Source: an uncultured Gammaproteobacteria bacterium (GTDB lineage: Bacteria > Pseudomonadota > Gammaproteobacteria > Steroidobacterales > Rariloculaceae). Taken from it: 59,759 nucleotides of DNA. Location of the stretch: the NCBI GenBank assembly GCA_964457725.1, contig CAYWGQ010000003.1, positions 21,489 through 81,247 of the forward strand, given 5' to 3'. Both the position numbers and the translations under genes were made by a program. The notes beneath the pieces are model-generated. The model saw only the letters and a list, made by a program, of their open reading frames with translations. It made no database searches and had not been told where the DNA came from. Below are positions 10,158 to 18,943 of the stretch, one piece after another (the stretch's first letter is position 1; every line of letters begins with the position of its first letter).

Positions 10158-10206
10158 GCGGAAGAGGCCCCGGCCGTGCGCGCGCAGCGGCCGAGGCCGC
10201 TTCCGC
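10158..10206. terminator. long imperfect GC hairpin between convergent adh and hsp20
   Basis: GCGGAAG..GGCC..CGGCCG pairs with CGGCCG..GGCC..CTTCCGC. No U-tract. Confidence 0.35.
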
Positions 10207-10219
10207 CGCGGAAGCCGCC

Positions 10220-10753
10220 TCAGTTCAACTCGATCTTGCGCCGCTTCGCGCCGCTCGCCTTCGGCAAGCGCAGCTCGACCACGCCGTCCTTCAGGCTCGC
10301 CTTCGCTCGATCGGCGTCGACCTCGCCGGGCAGCAGAACGGAACGGCTGAACTCGCCCGAGCGGATCTCGCGCCTGTAGTAGTCCTCGCGCTCCTCCTTC
10401 TGCTCGTCGCTCGTGCGGCCCTTGATCGTGAGTGTCCGATCGGTGATCGATACGTCTAGGTTCTCCTTCGGCACGCCCGGCACCTCCGCGCGGACGACGA
10501 TGTCGTCATCGGTTTCGCAAATGTCGACCGACGGCATGCGCCCGCCGAGAGCCTCGACGCCGATCGAGCGCAACGTCGGCATCTGCCACGCGAACGGCGA
10601 CGGCCACCGCGTCGACAGAAACTCGTCGAATAGCCGATCGATGTCTTCGAACATCCCGAGCCCGCGGCCCATGCGCGCCGGAATGCTCTGCGGCGGCCTG
10701 CGCTCCGCCTTGGTCATCTCGCCCGTCTCTCTCGCCTCTTTCGCTTGTGCCAT
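10220..10753 (-). CDS. Hsp20/alpha-crystallin small heat-shock protein
   Basis: Alpha-crystallin domain (VVRAEVPGV...TLTIKG...FSRSVLLPGEVD...KDGVVELRLPK). GGGAGG SD before the ATG at 10753. Confidence 0.9.
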   Translation of the reverse strand: MAQAKEARETGEMTKAERRPPQSIPARMGRGLGMFEDIDRLFDEFLSTRWPSPFAWQMPTLRSIGVEALGGRMPSVDICETDDDIVVRAEVPGVPKENLDVSITDRTLTIKGRTSDEQKEEREDYYRREIRSGEFSRSVLLPGEVDADRAKASLKDGVVELRLPKASGAKRRKIELN

Positions 10754-10801
10754 GTCGCTACCTCCCAAAGGTACTGCGTGACTGCGGGCGACTCATTGCA
10801 A

Positions 10802-11476
10802 TCATCGTGCCGCGCTTCGATAGTCCTCGAGGAGCGCGACCACCTCGTCGTCGGACACCTGCGGGAAGTACTCGTACCAGGCGCCGACGGCGATGTACGG
10901 CTCCGGAACGGAGAGCACCTCGACGGCGTCGGCCGTGCGCTCGAGCGCCGCCACCGCATCGCGCGCGGCCGTCGGCACGCCGACGATCACGGCTCGCGGC
11001 CCGAGGGCTTTCGCGACCGCGACCGCAGCTTCCATCGTCGCTCCCGTCGCGATGCCGTCGTCCACGAGGATCGCGGTCTTGCCGGTCAGCTCGAGCGGCT
11101 CGCGGCCCGCGCGGAACGCCCGCTCTCGCCGCGCGAGCTCCGCCCGCTCCCGCGCCTCGAGCCCGGCGAGCGCGGCACGATCGAGCCCGAGCGCAGCGAG
11201 GACGTCGTCGTGATACACGGTGACTCCGCCCGAGGCGATCGCTCCGATCGCAAACTCGCGATTGAACGGCGCGCCGATCTTGCGCACGACGAGCACGTCG
11301 AGCGGGGCGCGGAGCGCCCTTGCGACCTCGTAAGCGACCGGTACTCCGCCGCGCGGGAGCGCGAGCACGATCGGATCGGAACTCGCGTACGCGTGCGCGA
11401 GCCGCTCGCCGAGCTCGCGGCCGGCGGCGCGGCGATCCCGGAAGATCCTCGCTCGAGCCCTCGAGAACGGGTCCAT
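10802..11476 (-). CDS. phosphoribosyltransferase-domain protein
   Basis: Type I PRT PRPP loop AILVDDGIATGATM. Lies only 48 nt upstream of hsp20 on the same strand. Confidence 0.85.
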   Translation of the reverse strand: MDPFSRARARIFRDRRAAGRELGERLAHAYASSDPIVLALPRGGVPVAYEVARALRAPLDVLVVRKIGAPFNREFAIGAIASGGVTVYHDDVLAALGLDRAALAGLEARERAELARRERAFRAGREPLELTGKTAILVDDGIATGATMEAAVAVAKALGPRAVIVGVPTAARDAVAALERTADAVEVLSVPEPYIAVGAWYEYFPQVSDDEVVALLEDYRSAAR

Positions 11477-11574
11477 CGGCTGCCTCCGCGACAGTATGCG
11501 CGCGGTCCGTCCGCGGGAGGGAGTGCGGCTCGTACGTATAGTCCGCGTGCGGGCGCCGCCCCTAGCATCGCCGA

Positions 11575-12600
11575 GTGCATTCGCGAATCACGACGGCGGA
11601 CAAGATTGCATTCTTGCGGCGTCCCGACGCGTACGCCGATGCGCCGTCGGGAATCGACGTCATCGAGACCCACTTCGCGTGGGTGTTTCTCGGCGAGCGA
11701 TTCGTCTACAAGCTGAAGAAGCCGATTCGCTTCGACCGCATCGACTACACCGCGCTCGAATCCCGGCGCGCGAGCTGCGAGCTCGAGCTCACGCTGAACA
11801 GGCGCCTCGCGGAATCGACCTATCTCGCGATCGTGCCGCTCGCGTCGGGACCGGAGGGGCTCGCGCTCGGCGGTCCCGGCACGCCGGTCGACTGGCTCGT
11901 GCAGATGCGCCGCCTGCCGGCCGAGCGCACGCTCGAGGCCGCGGCGATGAGCGGGAGCGTCACCGATTCGGAGCTCGAGGCGCTCGTGGCCAAGCTTGCG
12001 CGCTTCTACGCCTGTACGCCCGATGCGCCGTTCGGCGGCGAGGAGTACCGCGAGCTGCTCGGGAAACGCGCCGCCGAGTACGCGGCCCGCCTCGCCGCGC
12101 CGGAGCTCGGCCTCGACCGGGCGCTCGTCCGGCGCATCGAGCGCATCGAGCGCGCCCAAGCGCGGTTTCTCGCCGAGAGCGCCGCGATGCTCGACCGGCG
12201 GGTCGTCCGCGGCCGGGTCGTCGACGCGCACGGCGACTTGCGGCCGGAGCACGTCTTCCTCGGCCAGAACCCGCAGATCATCGATTGCCTCGAGTTCTCG
12301 ATCGAGCTCCGCTGGCTCGACACGGCGGAGGAGCTCGTCTTCCTCGCGCTCGAGTGCGAGCGGCTCGGCGCGCCGGCCATCGGCGAGCGGATTCTCGCGC
12401 ACTATGCCGAGGCTTGCGACGACGACGCGCCGCAGCCGCTGCTCGATTTTTACTTCGGCCAACGGGCTGTCGTGCGCGCATTGATCAGCGCGTGGCACAT
12501 CGCCGACGCCGATGCCGCGAGCGCCCGGCGATGGCACGACCGCGCGGCGTGGTACCTCGCGCTCGCGGAAGCTCGCACGTCCAGGGCCAATGCGGGCTGA
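11575..12600 (+). CDS. aminoglycoside-phosphotransferase-like kinase-fold protein
   Basis: 341 aa, GTG start. HGDLRPEHVF catalytic-loop-like motif. Resembles the N-terminal half of proteins annotated as bifunctional APH/ATP-binding proteins (from memory). Confidence 0.7.
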   Translation: MHSRITTADKIAFLRRPDAYADAPSGIDVIETHFAWVFLGERFVYKLKKPIRFDRIDYTALESRRASCELELTLNRRLAESTYLAIVPLASGPEGLALGGPGTPVDWLVQMRRLPAERTLEAAAMSGSVTDSELEALVAKLARFYACTPDAPFGGEEYRELLGKRAAEYAARLAAPELGLDRALVRRIERIERAQARFLAESAAMLDRRVVRGRVVDAHGDLRPEHVFLGQNPQIIDCLEFSIELRWLDTAEELVFLALECERLGAPAIGERILAHYAEACDDDAPQPLLDFYFGQRAVVRALISAWHIADADAASARRWHDRAAWYLALAEARTSRANAG

Positions 12601-12657
12601 CTCGCCGGCGAGATGTCGTAGTATGCGCGCCACACCCTCGTTCCACCGGGCGCCCGA

Positions 12658-13368
12658 ATGGACCTCGTCGAGATCAGCCGCGAGCTTGCCGCTCGCGTCG
12701 CAGCGCTGCGCTTCGCACCGCCGGTGTGCTGCACCTACAACCCGCTCGTCTACGCGTGGGAACCGCACGAGCGCTACCTCCGCCGGTACGGGACGCCGCC
12801 GCGCGAGGTGCTGTTGCTCGGGATGAATCCCGGCCCGTTCGGGATGGCGCAAACGGGAGTGCCGTTCGGCGATGTCGCGATGGTTCGCGACTGGCTCGGT
12901 GTGACCGGCCGAGTCGAGCGGCCGGCGGAGGAGCATCCGAAGCGACCGATCCAGGGCTTCGCCTGCGAGCGGCGCGAGGTCAGCGGCACACGACTCTGGG
13001 GGTGGGCACGCGACCGGTACGGCACGCCGGAGCGGTTCTTCGCACGCTTCTTCGTCGCGAATTACTGCCCGCTCGCGTTCGTCGAGGAGTCGGGCCGCAA
13101 CCGCACGCCCGACAAGCTGCCGGCCGCGGAGCAGGCGGCGCTGTTTGCCGCATGCGACGACGCGCTGCGGAAGATCGTCGCTCACCTCAGGCCGCGGTTC
13201 GTCGTCGGCGTCGGCGGCTTCGCGGAGCGACGCGCGCGCGCGGCGCTCGGGGACACGGACTGCACGATCGGCACGATCCTGCATCCGAGCCCCGCGAGCC
13301 CGCTCGCGAACCGCGGCTGGCCGGCAGCGATCGAGCGCCAGCTCGAAGCGCTCGGCGTCGAGCTCTGA
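12658..13368 (+). CDS. single-strand-selective monofunctional uracil-DNA glycosylase (family 3, SMUG1-type)
   Basis: GMNPGPFGMAQTGVPFG and HPSPASPLAN motifs, matching the two SMUG1 signature motifs. Confidence 0.85.
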   Translation: MDLVEISRELAARVAALRFAPPVCCTYNPLVYAWEPHERYLRRYGTPPREVLLLGMNPGPFGMAQTGVPFGDVAMVRDWLGVTGRVERPAEEHPKRPIQGFACERREVSGTRLWGWARDRYGTPERFFARFFVANYCPLAFVEESGRNRTPDKLPAAEQAALFAACDDALRKIVAHLRPRFVVGVGGFAERRARAALGDTDCTIGTILHPSPASPLANRGWPAAIERQLEALGVEL

Positions 13369-13389
13369 CCCGGCCGCAGGAGCCCGGCT

Positions 13390-14334
13390 TCAGCGGTCGA
13401 GGTCGCGCACGGCGGCTGCGAGGAGCGGCGCACAGCCGAGCACGACGAGCCGGTCGCCGAGCGCCGCAGCGCGTCCCCGCGGGTCGCCCGCGCTGTCGGT
13501 GACGACGATCGAATCGAGGCCTGCGGCGCCGAGCTTCTCGACGGCTCCCGTCGCGAACACACCGTGCGTCGCCGCCGCGTGCACGCTCCGCGCGCCACGT
13601 TGCCTTGCCGCCTCCGCCGCGCGGACCACCGTCGTCCCGCCGGCGATCAGGTCGTCGACGACGATCACGCAAGCGTCGCGGACGTCGCCGGCGAACGCCG
13701 TGCCCGCGACCCGACCTTCGCTCCGCTCCTTCTCCATCAACGCGAGATCGACCGGCCGCCCCGTGCGGGCCGCGAGCGCAGCGGCGAAGCGGCGCGCGCG
13801 CTTCATCCCGCCGGCATCCGGCGACAGCACGACGACGGATTCCGCGGCCTCTGCAGCGTGAGCGAAGTGCTCGACGAAGAGCGGCGACGCCTCGAGATGC
13901 ACCGTCGGAACACGGAACGCGTTCTCGAACGCCGCGGGGTTGTGCACGTCGAGCCCGACGACGACGTCCGTGCCGACCGCCTCGAGCAGCACCGCGACGT
14001 AGCGTGAGGTCACCGGATCGTGCGGCTTCGTCCGCCGGTCCTTGCGCGCGTAGGCGAGATACGGCACGAGGGCGACGATCTCCGCCGCACCGTCGTCCCG
14101 GAGCGCGCCGATCATGAACAGCAGCCGGCACAGCTTGTCGTTCGCGCTCTGCCGGTCGTCCGCGAAGAGCGACTGGCATACGACCGCGCGCTCGCCCCGA
14201 ACCCCGTCGAGCGGCCGCACCTTGAACTCCGTGTCCTCGAAGTCGCGCTCCTCGTGCGCGGCGAGCTCGAGCCCCGCGGCGGAGGCGATCCGCTCGCCGA
14301 GCGCCCGGGTGGCCTGCAATGCGAAGAGCCTCAT
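13390..14334 (-). CDS. prs: ribose-phosphate pyrophosphokinase paralog
   Basis: 314 aa from the ATG at 14334. PYLAYARKDRR and VVDDLIAGGTT motifs. The rest of track ORF 13390..15672 is antisense to pncB. Confidence 0.85.
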   Translation of the reverse strand: MRLFALQATRALGERIASAAGLELAAHEERDFEDTEFKVRPLDGVRGERAVVCQSLFADDRQSANDKLCRLLFMIGALRDDGAAEIVALVPYLAYARKDRRTKPHDPVTSRYVAVLLEAVGTDVVVGLDVHNPAAFENAFRVPTVHLEASPLFVEHFAHAAEAAESVVVLSPDAGGMKRARRFAAALAARTGRPVDLALMEKERSEGRVAGTAFAGDVRDACVIVVDDLIAGGTTVVRAAEAARQRGARSVHAAATHGVFATGAVEKLGAAGLDSIVVTDSAGDPRGRAAALGDRLVVLGCAPLLAAAVRDLDR

Positions 14335-14353
14335 CGCTCGTCCTCGATGCACC

Positions 14354-14372
14354 GTCCTGCATATTAGAGGAC
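14354..14372. promoter_or_regulatory. palindrome in the prs/pncB divergent intergenic region (candidate operator)
   Basis: GTCCT-GCATATTAG-AGGAC. The spacer contains TAATAT (minus strand), a -10-like hexamer about 25 nt upstream of the prs ATG. Confidence 0.35.
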
Positions 14373-14451
14373 TGCCCGCGGTACTCTTTCCAGCTGACCC
14401 CGAGCGCAAGGCCGGGCGCGGGACCGCCCGCCCCCCGGAAGGAGAGCACAG

Positions 14452-15798
14452 GTGGCCGAGACGGACTGGCTGAAGAGCCCGCTGCTGACCGACCTCTATC
14501 AGCTGACGATGCTGAAGGCGTATCACGATCGCGGGATGCAGGAGACGGCCGTGTTCGAGCTCTTCGTCCGGCGGCTGCCGCCGACCCGCAGCTTCCTGGT
14601 CGCGGCCGGGCTCGAGCAGGCGATCGAGTACCTCGAGACGCTGCGCTTCTCCGCGGAGGATCTGGCCGCCTTGCGTGCGCTCGGCCTGTTCGACGAGACG
14701 TTTCTGTCCTGGCTCGCGGAGTTGCGGTTCACCGGCGACGTCGACGCGATGCCCGAGGGCACGGTGTTCTTCGCGAACGAGCCCGTGCTCCGTGTGGCGG
14801 CACCGCTGCCGCAGGCGCAGCTCGTCGAAAGCCGGCTCGTGAACATCGTGCACTTCCAAACCTTGATCGCGTCGAAAGCCGCGCGCGCCGTGCTGGCCGC
14901 GCGCGGCCGGCGTCTCGTCGATTTCGGCATGCGCCGGGCGCACGGCGCCGAAGCGGCGCTCGCCGCTGCGCGCGCGAGCTACCTCGCGGGCTTCGACGGC
15001 ACGGCGACCCTTGCCGCGAATCCGCGCTTCGGCATTCCGGTGTTCGGCACGATGGCGCACTCGTTCATTCAGGCGCACGACTCGGAAGCGGAGGCGTTCG
15101 AGCACTTCGCGCGGTCGCATCGCGGCGCGCTGACGCTTTTGATCGACACGTACGACACCGAGACCGGCGCGCAGCGGACGGCCGAGCTCGCGCGGCGGCT
15201 CGCGGCCGAAGGCATCCGGATCGATTCGGTGCGTCTCGACAGCGGCGACCTCGGCGAGCTCGCGAGGCGCGTGCGAGCGATCCTCGATGCGGGCGGCGCG
15301 GGCGGCGTCCGGATCTTCGCGAGCGGCGGGCTCGACGAGCGGCAAATCGCGACCCTCGTCGAGGACGGCGCCCCGATCGACGGCTTCGGCGTCGGCACCG
15401 CGCTCGACGTCTCGGACGACGCGCCGTCGCTCGACTACGTCTACAAGCTCCAGGAATACGCGGGACGCCCCCGACGAAAGCGCTCGAGCGGCAAGGCGAC
15501 CTGGCCCGGACGGAAGCAGGTGTTCCGGCAGCTCGGCACGGACGGGACCCTCGAGCGCGACATCATCGACGTGCTCGGCGCTTCCGAGCGCGGTACCGCG
15601 CTGCTCGAGCCGGTGCTCCGCGGCGGACGCCGCGTCGGACCGGGGCGCACCCTCGTCGAGGCGCGCGCCCACGCGGCCGCGGAGCTCAAGCGCCTGCCGC
15701 AGCCGCTCCGCGCGCTCGATTCGCGGTTCGAGTATCCGGTCGAGATCTCTTCGGCGCTCGTTGCGCTCGCGGCGGCCGTCGACCGCGAAACGCGCTGA
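14452..15798 (+). CDS. pncB: nicotinate phosphoribosyltransferase
   Basis: LLTDLYQLTM and FGTMAHSF motifs in 448 aa. GTG start with GGAGAG SD. Confidence 0.9.
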   Translation: MAETDWLKSPLLTDLYQLTMLKAYHDRGMQETAVFELFVRRLPPTRSFLVAAGLEQAIEYLETLRFSAEDLAALRALGLFDETFLSWLAELRFTGDVDAMPEGTVFFANEPVLRVAAPLPQAQLVESRLVNIVHFQTLIASKAARAVLAARGRRLVDFGMRRAHGAEAALAAARASYLAGFDGTATLAANPRFGIPVFGTMAHSFIQAHDSEAEAFEHFARSHRGALTLLIDTYDTETGAQRTAELARRLAAEGIRIDSVRLDSGDLGELARRVRAILDAGGAGGVRIFASGGLDERQIATLVEDGAPIDGFGVGTALDVSDDAPSLDYVYKLQEYAGRPRRKRSSGKATWPGRKQVFRQLGTDGTLERDIIDVLGASERGTALLEPVLRGGRRVGPGRTLVEARAHAAAELKRLPQPLRALDSRFEYPVEISSALVALAAAVDRETR

Positions 15799-15871
15799 GC
15801 GGAGCGCTCGCCTCGGACCGCAGCCGGATCCCGCCCCGGGCAGCGGCGGCCTCCGCGCCGCGATGCCTCGC

Positions 15872-16807
15872 TCAGTCCGTCGAGCGCCTCGGCGCGGGAA
15901 CGAGCAGCACGTCGCAAGGGCTCTCGACCGCGACGACCTCGGCGGTGCTGCCGAGCAAAGCTTGCTCCACGACGCCCCGCCGCGTCGCGCCGACGATGAC
16001 GAGCTTCGAGCGCCGTTCGGCGGCGAGCGCGGCGATCACCTCCGCCGGCTTTCCGGCGCGCAGATCCACCGCGTCGGCCGTGATCCCGTATCCGCCGACG
16101 AGCTCGAGCACCGCCCGCTCGTGCACGCGCTCGATGTTCTCGTTGCCGTAGAACACCCCCGGCAGCACTTCGACGGCCGAGACCCACGAGTAGTCCGCCG
16201 GATCGGGATACGCGTGCGCGATGCGCAGCTCGGCATCGAGCGCACGTGCGAGCCCGCACGCAGCCTCGAGCACGGCATCGTCGAGCCCGCTCGGCTCCGC
16301 ATGCATGTGGACGGGATCGACGGCCGCTAGGATGCGCTCGTAGCCGTCGAACTCGGGGTCCTTCACGAGGAGGATCGGGCACGGCGCGAGGCGCATGACC
16401 TGCCAGTCCGTCGCGGTGAGCCTGGTGTGCGGCACGCCGAGTCGCGGCTCGTGCGCACCGAGCACGAGCAGATCGGCACCGCACTCTTCCACCGCGCGCA
16501 GCAAGCCCGCATATACGGGCTGCTCCCAGATCGCTTTCGTCGTGACCGGCACGCCCCAGTCGCGGAGTGACTGCGCGAGCCCGTCGAGGTCGCGCTCCGC
16601 GTTGCGGAGCATTCCGGCTTGGGCGGAGGCCGCATCCCTGTCGCCGCGAGCAAGCCTGAACGCGACCGAGGAGTCGTAGATGCACGTCGCGAGAACGAGC
16701 TCGGCGCCGATGCGCTCCGCCAGATAGCGGGCGTGGATCGCCGCGAGCGGCATGCCGCGCTCGCCGCGGCGGACGGCGATCAGCGCGCGCTTCGGAGCAT
16801 CGGCCAT
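15872..16807 (-). CDS. tandem universal stress protein (UspE-like)
   Basis: 311 aa with two USP domains. C-terminal IVGATRRGVVEQALLGSTAEVV motif. ATG at 16807. Confidence 0.85.
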   Translation of the reverse strand: MADAPKRALIAVRRGERGMPLAAIHARYLAERIGAELVLATCIYDSSVAFRLARGDRDAASAQAGMLRNAERDLDGLAQSLRDWGVPVTTKAIWEQPVYAGLLRAVEECGADLLVLGAHEPRLGVPHTRLTATDWQVMRLAPCPILLVKDPEFDGYERILAAVDPVHMHAEPSGLDDAVLEAACGLARALDAELRIAHAYPDPADYSWVSAVEVLPGVFYGNENIERVHERAVLELVGGYGITADAVDLRAGKPAEVIAALAAERRSKLVIVGATRRGVVEQALLGSTAEVVAVESPCDVLLVPAPRRSTD

Positions 16808-16814
16808 GGCCCGA

Positions 16815-16845
16815 TTGTAATACCGCGAGCCCGCGTGCCTAAAAT
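16815..16845 (+). promoter_or_regulatory. possible promoter for nrdJ
   Basis: TAAAAT at 16840..16845, with TTGTAA/TGTAAT 18-19 nt upstream (spacing is suboptimal). A start downstream of it would exclude the ATG at 16844 and favour 16865. Confidence 0.3.
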
Positions 16846-16864
16846 GGCCTTCCAAGGAGCGGCC

Positions 16865-18652
16865 ATGGCCTTCACGACGGAAGTCTCGCGGCACATTTGG
16901 GAAACGAAGTACCGCTACGGCGAAGAGGCCGATATCGAGGCCACGTGGCGCCGGATCGCGAAGGCGCTCGCGGCGGTGGAACGCGACCCGTCGTGGGAAG
17001 AGCGCTTCCTCGACGCGCTCGCCGGCTTCCGCTTCCTTCCCGGCGGACGGATCCAGGCCGGAGCCGGCACAGGCCTGCGGGTGACGCTCTTCAACTGCTT
17101 CGTGATGGGCACGATCGAGGATTCGCTCGACGGCATCTTCGACGGTTTGAAGGAAGGTGCGCTCACGATGCAGCAAGGGGGCGGCGTCGGCTACGACTTC
17201 TCGACGCTCCGGCCGGCCGGCACGCCGGCGAAGGCGGTCGGCGGCGTAGCGTCCGGCCCGCTGTCGTTCATGCGGATCTGGGACGCGATGTGCGCGACCC
17301 TCCTCTCGACCGGGGCGCGCCGCGGGGCGATGATGGCGACGCTTCGCGCGGACCACCCGGACATCGAGGCGTTCATCCGCGCGAAAGCGGTTCCCGGCGA
17401 GCTCAGCAACTTCAACCTCTCCGTGCTCGTCCCCGACGACCTCGTGCAGGCCGTCCGCGACGATGCCGAGTGGCCGCTCGTGTTTCCGCTCGGCGAGGAG
17501 CCCGCCGACGGCCGCGAGGTCGTGATGCGGCGCTGGTCCGGCAGCCTCGAGCCCGTCGAATGCGTCGTGCACCGCCGCGTCCGCGCACGGGCGTTGTGGG
17601 AGACGCTGATGCGGTCGACCTACGACTACGCCGAGCCGGGTGTGCTGTTCATCGACCGCATCAACCGCTCGAACAACCTCTGGTACCGCGAGCACATCAG
17701 CGCGACGAATCCGTGCGGCGAGATTCCTCTGCCGCCGTACGGCGCGTGCGACCTGGGATCGATCAACCTCGTGCCGTTCGTCAGGGAACCGTTCACCGCC
17801 GCCGCGGCGCTCGACATGGACGCGATCATCGCGACGGTCGCCGTCGCGGTACGCATGATGAACAACGTGATCGACGTGTCGCGTTTTCCGCTGCCCCGCC
17901 AGGCGGAGATGGCTCGCGGCACGCGCCGAATCGGCCTAGGGATCACCGGCCTCGCGGATGCGCTGATCATGCTCGGGCTGCATTACGGCGAGCCTCGGGC
18001 GCGCGAGCTCGCGGCAGGCGTGATGCAGAGCATCTGCCACGCCGCCTACCGGACGTCCGTCGCGCTCGCCCGCGAGAAGGGCCCGTTTCCGTTCTTCGAG
18101 CGCGAGCGCTATCTCGCCGGAGAATTCGTCGCGACGTTGCCGGCAGAAATCCGCGACGGGATCGCACGGCACGGCATACGCAACAGTCACCTGACCGCGA
18201 TCGCGCCGACCGGGACGATCAGCTTGCTCGCAAACAACGTGTCCAGCGGCATCGAGCCCGTCTACGCGTTCCATTACCGCCGGAGAATGCTCGAGCGCGA
18301 CGGGAGCTTGCGCGAGTACGACCTCGTCGACAACGCGCTCGAGCGCTGGCGGGCGCTCTATGGCTCGGCGCCGCCGCCGTCCGCGTTCGTCGCCTCGGCC
18401 GACCTCGCGCCGGCGGCGCATCTGGACATGCAGGCGGCGCTGCAGCCGTTCGTCGACAACTCGATCTCGAAGACGATCAACGTGCCGGCCGAGATGCCGT
18501 TCGAGCAGTTCAAGGACGTCTACCGCGAGGCGTTCGAGCGCGGGCTGAAGGGCTGCACGACGTACCGCCCGAACGCGATCACCGGCGCCGTCCTCGAAGC
18601 CGCGCCGCAGGACGCAAAGCTCTGCTGCACGCCGGAACGCGAAGCCGACTGA
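16865..18652 (+). CDS. nrdJ: class II (adenosylcobalamin-dependent) ribonucleotide reductase
   Basis: LFNCFV, SATNPCGEIPL and a C-terminal CC pair (KLCCTPERE). AGGAG SD 5 nt before the ATG at 16865. The earlier in-frame ATG at 16844 lacks an SD. Confidence 0.9.
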   Translation: MAFTTEVSRHIWETKYRYGEEADIEATWRRIAKALAAVERDPSWEERFLDALAGFRFLPGGRIQAGAGTGLRVTLFNCFVMGTIEDSLDGIFDGLKEGALTMQQGGGVGYDFSTLRPAGTPAKAVGGVASGPLSFMRIWDAMCATLLSTGARRGAMMATLRADHPDIEAFIRAKAVPGELSNFNLSVLVPDDLVQAVRDDAEWPLVFPLGEEPADGREVVMRRWSGSLEPVECVVHRRVRARALWETLMRSTYDYAEPGVLFIDRINRSNNLWYREHISATNPCGEIPLPPYGACDLGSINLVPFVREPFTAAAALDMDAIIATVAVAVRMMNNVIDVSRFPLPRQAEMARGTRRIGLGITGLADALIMLGLHYGEPRARELAAGVMQSICHAAYRTSVALAREKGPFPFFERERYLAGEFVATLPAEIRDGIARHGIRNSHLTAIAPTGTISLLANNVSSGIEPVYAFHYRRRMLERDGSLREYDLVDNALERWRALYGSAPPPSAFVASADLAPAAHLDMQAALQPFVDNSISKTINVPAEMPFEQFKDVYREAFERGLKGCTTYRPNAITGAVLEAAPQDAKLCCTPEREAD

Positions 18653-18721
18653 ACGCAGCGCGGAGGCCGCGCTCGATGCGTAGGCCGCGCACCGGCGCGA
18701 CGGAGATGCTACGGTAAGCCG

Positions 18722-18913
18722 ATGAGGACACACGCCGTGCGTCGCATCGCGCGCTCGCAATGGCAGCCGCCGGATCGGCCGCCCGGCGGACCGCCGGAGG
18801 TGCCGGGCACCCCGGAGCCGAGCCCCGGGCCGCCGCCGGAAGAAGCACCGCCGCCGAACGAGCCGGCGCCCACGCCGGAGCCGCCCGGCGCCCCGCCGCC
18901 GCGGGACGGCTGA
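18722..18913 (+). CDS. possible proline-rich small protein (very uncertain)
   Basis: 63-aa ORF in an otherwise empty 291-nt GC-rich gap. High GC3, but no convincing SD. The opposite strand reads as an equally plausible Gly-rich frame. Confidence 0.2.
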   Translation: MRTHAVRRIARSQWQPPDRPPGGPPEVPGTPEPSPGPPPEEAPPPNEPAPTPEPPGAPPPRDG

Positions 18914-18943
18914 CGAACGGGAGCCGACGGTTGCCGGGCGCCG

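Noticed and set aside
14354-14360. Shared GTCCTGC 7-mer between the prs/pncB palindrome and the nadA upstream region (31699..31705), considered as a common NrtR half-site
   Set aside because: The two palindromes do not align when centred. A GC-rich 7-mer is expected by chance more than ten times in this window.
14335-15672. N-terminal 446 aa of track ORF 13390..15672, plus similar long extensions at 15872..17695, 21647..23854, 11086..13284 and 45167..46429
   Set aside because: These are antisense or out-of-frame read-through across neighbouring real genes. In each case only the C-terminal portion after an internal start matches a family.
16808-16864. FNR/FixK/Anr box (TTGAT-N4-ATCAA) or DosR-like box (GGGAC-N4-GTCCC) in USP, nrdJ, hsp20 and CBS promoters
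   Set aside because: None found by eye in any of the intergenic regions listed. Absence by eye is weak evidence, so a formal motif scan is still needed.
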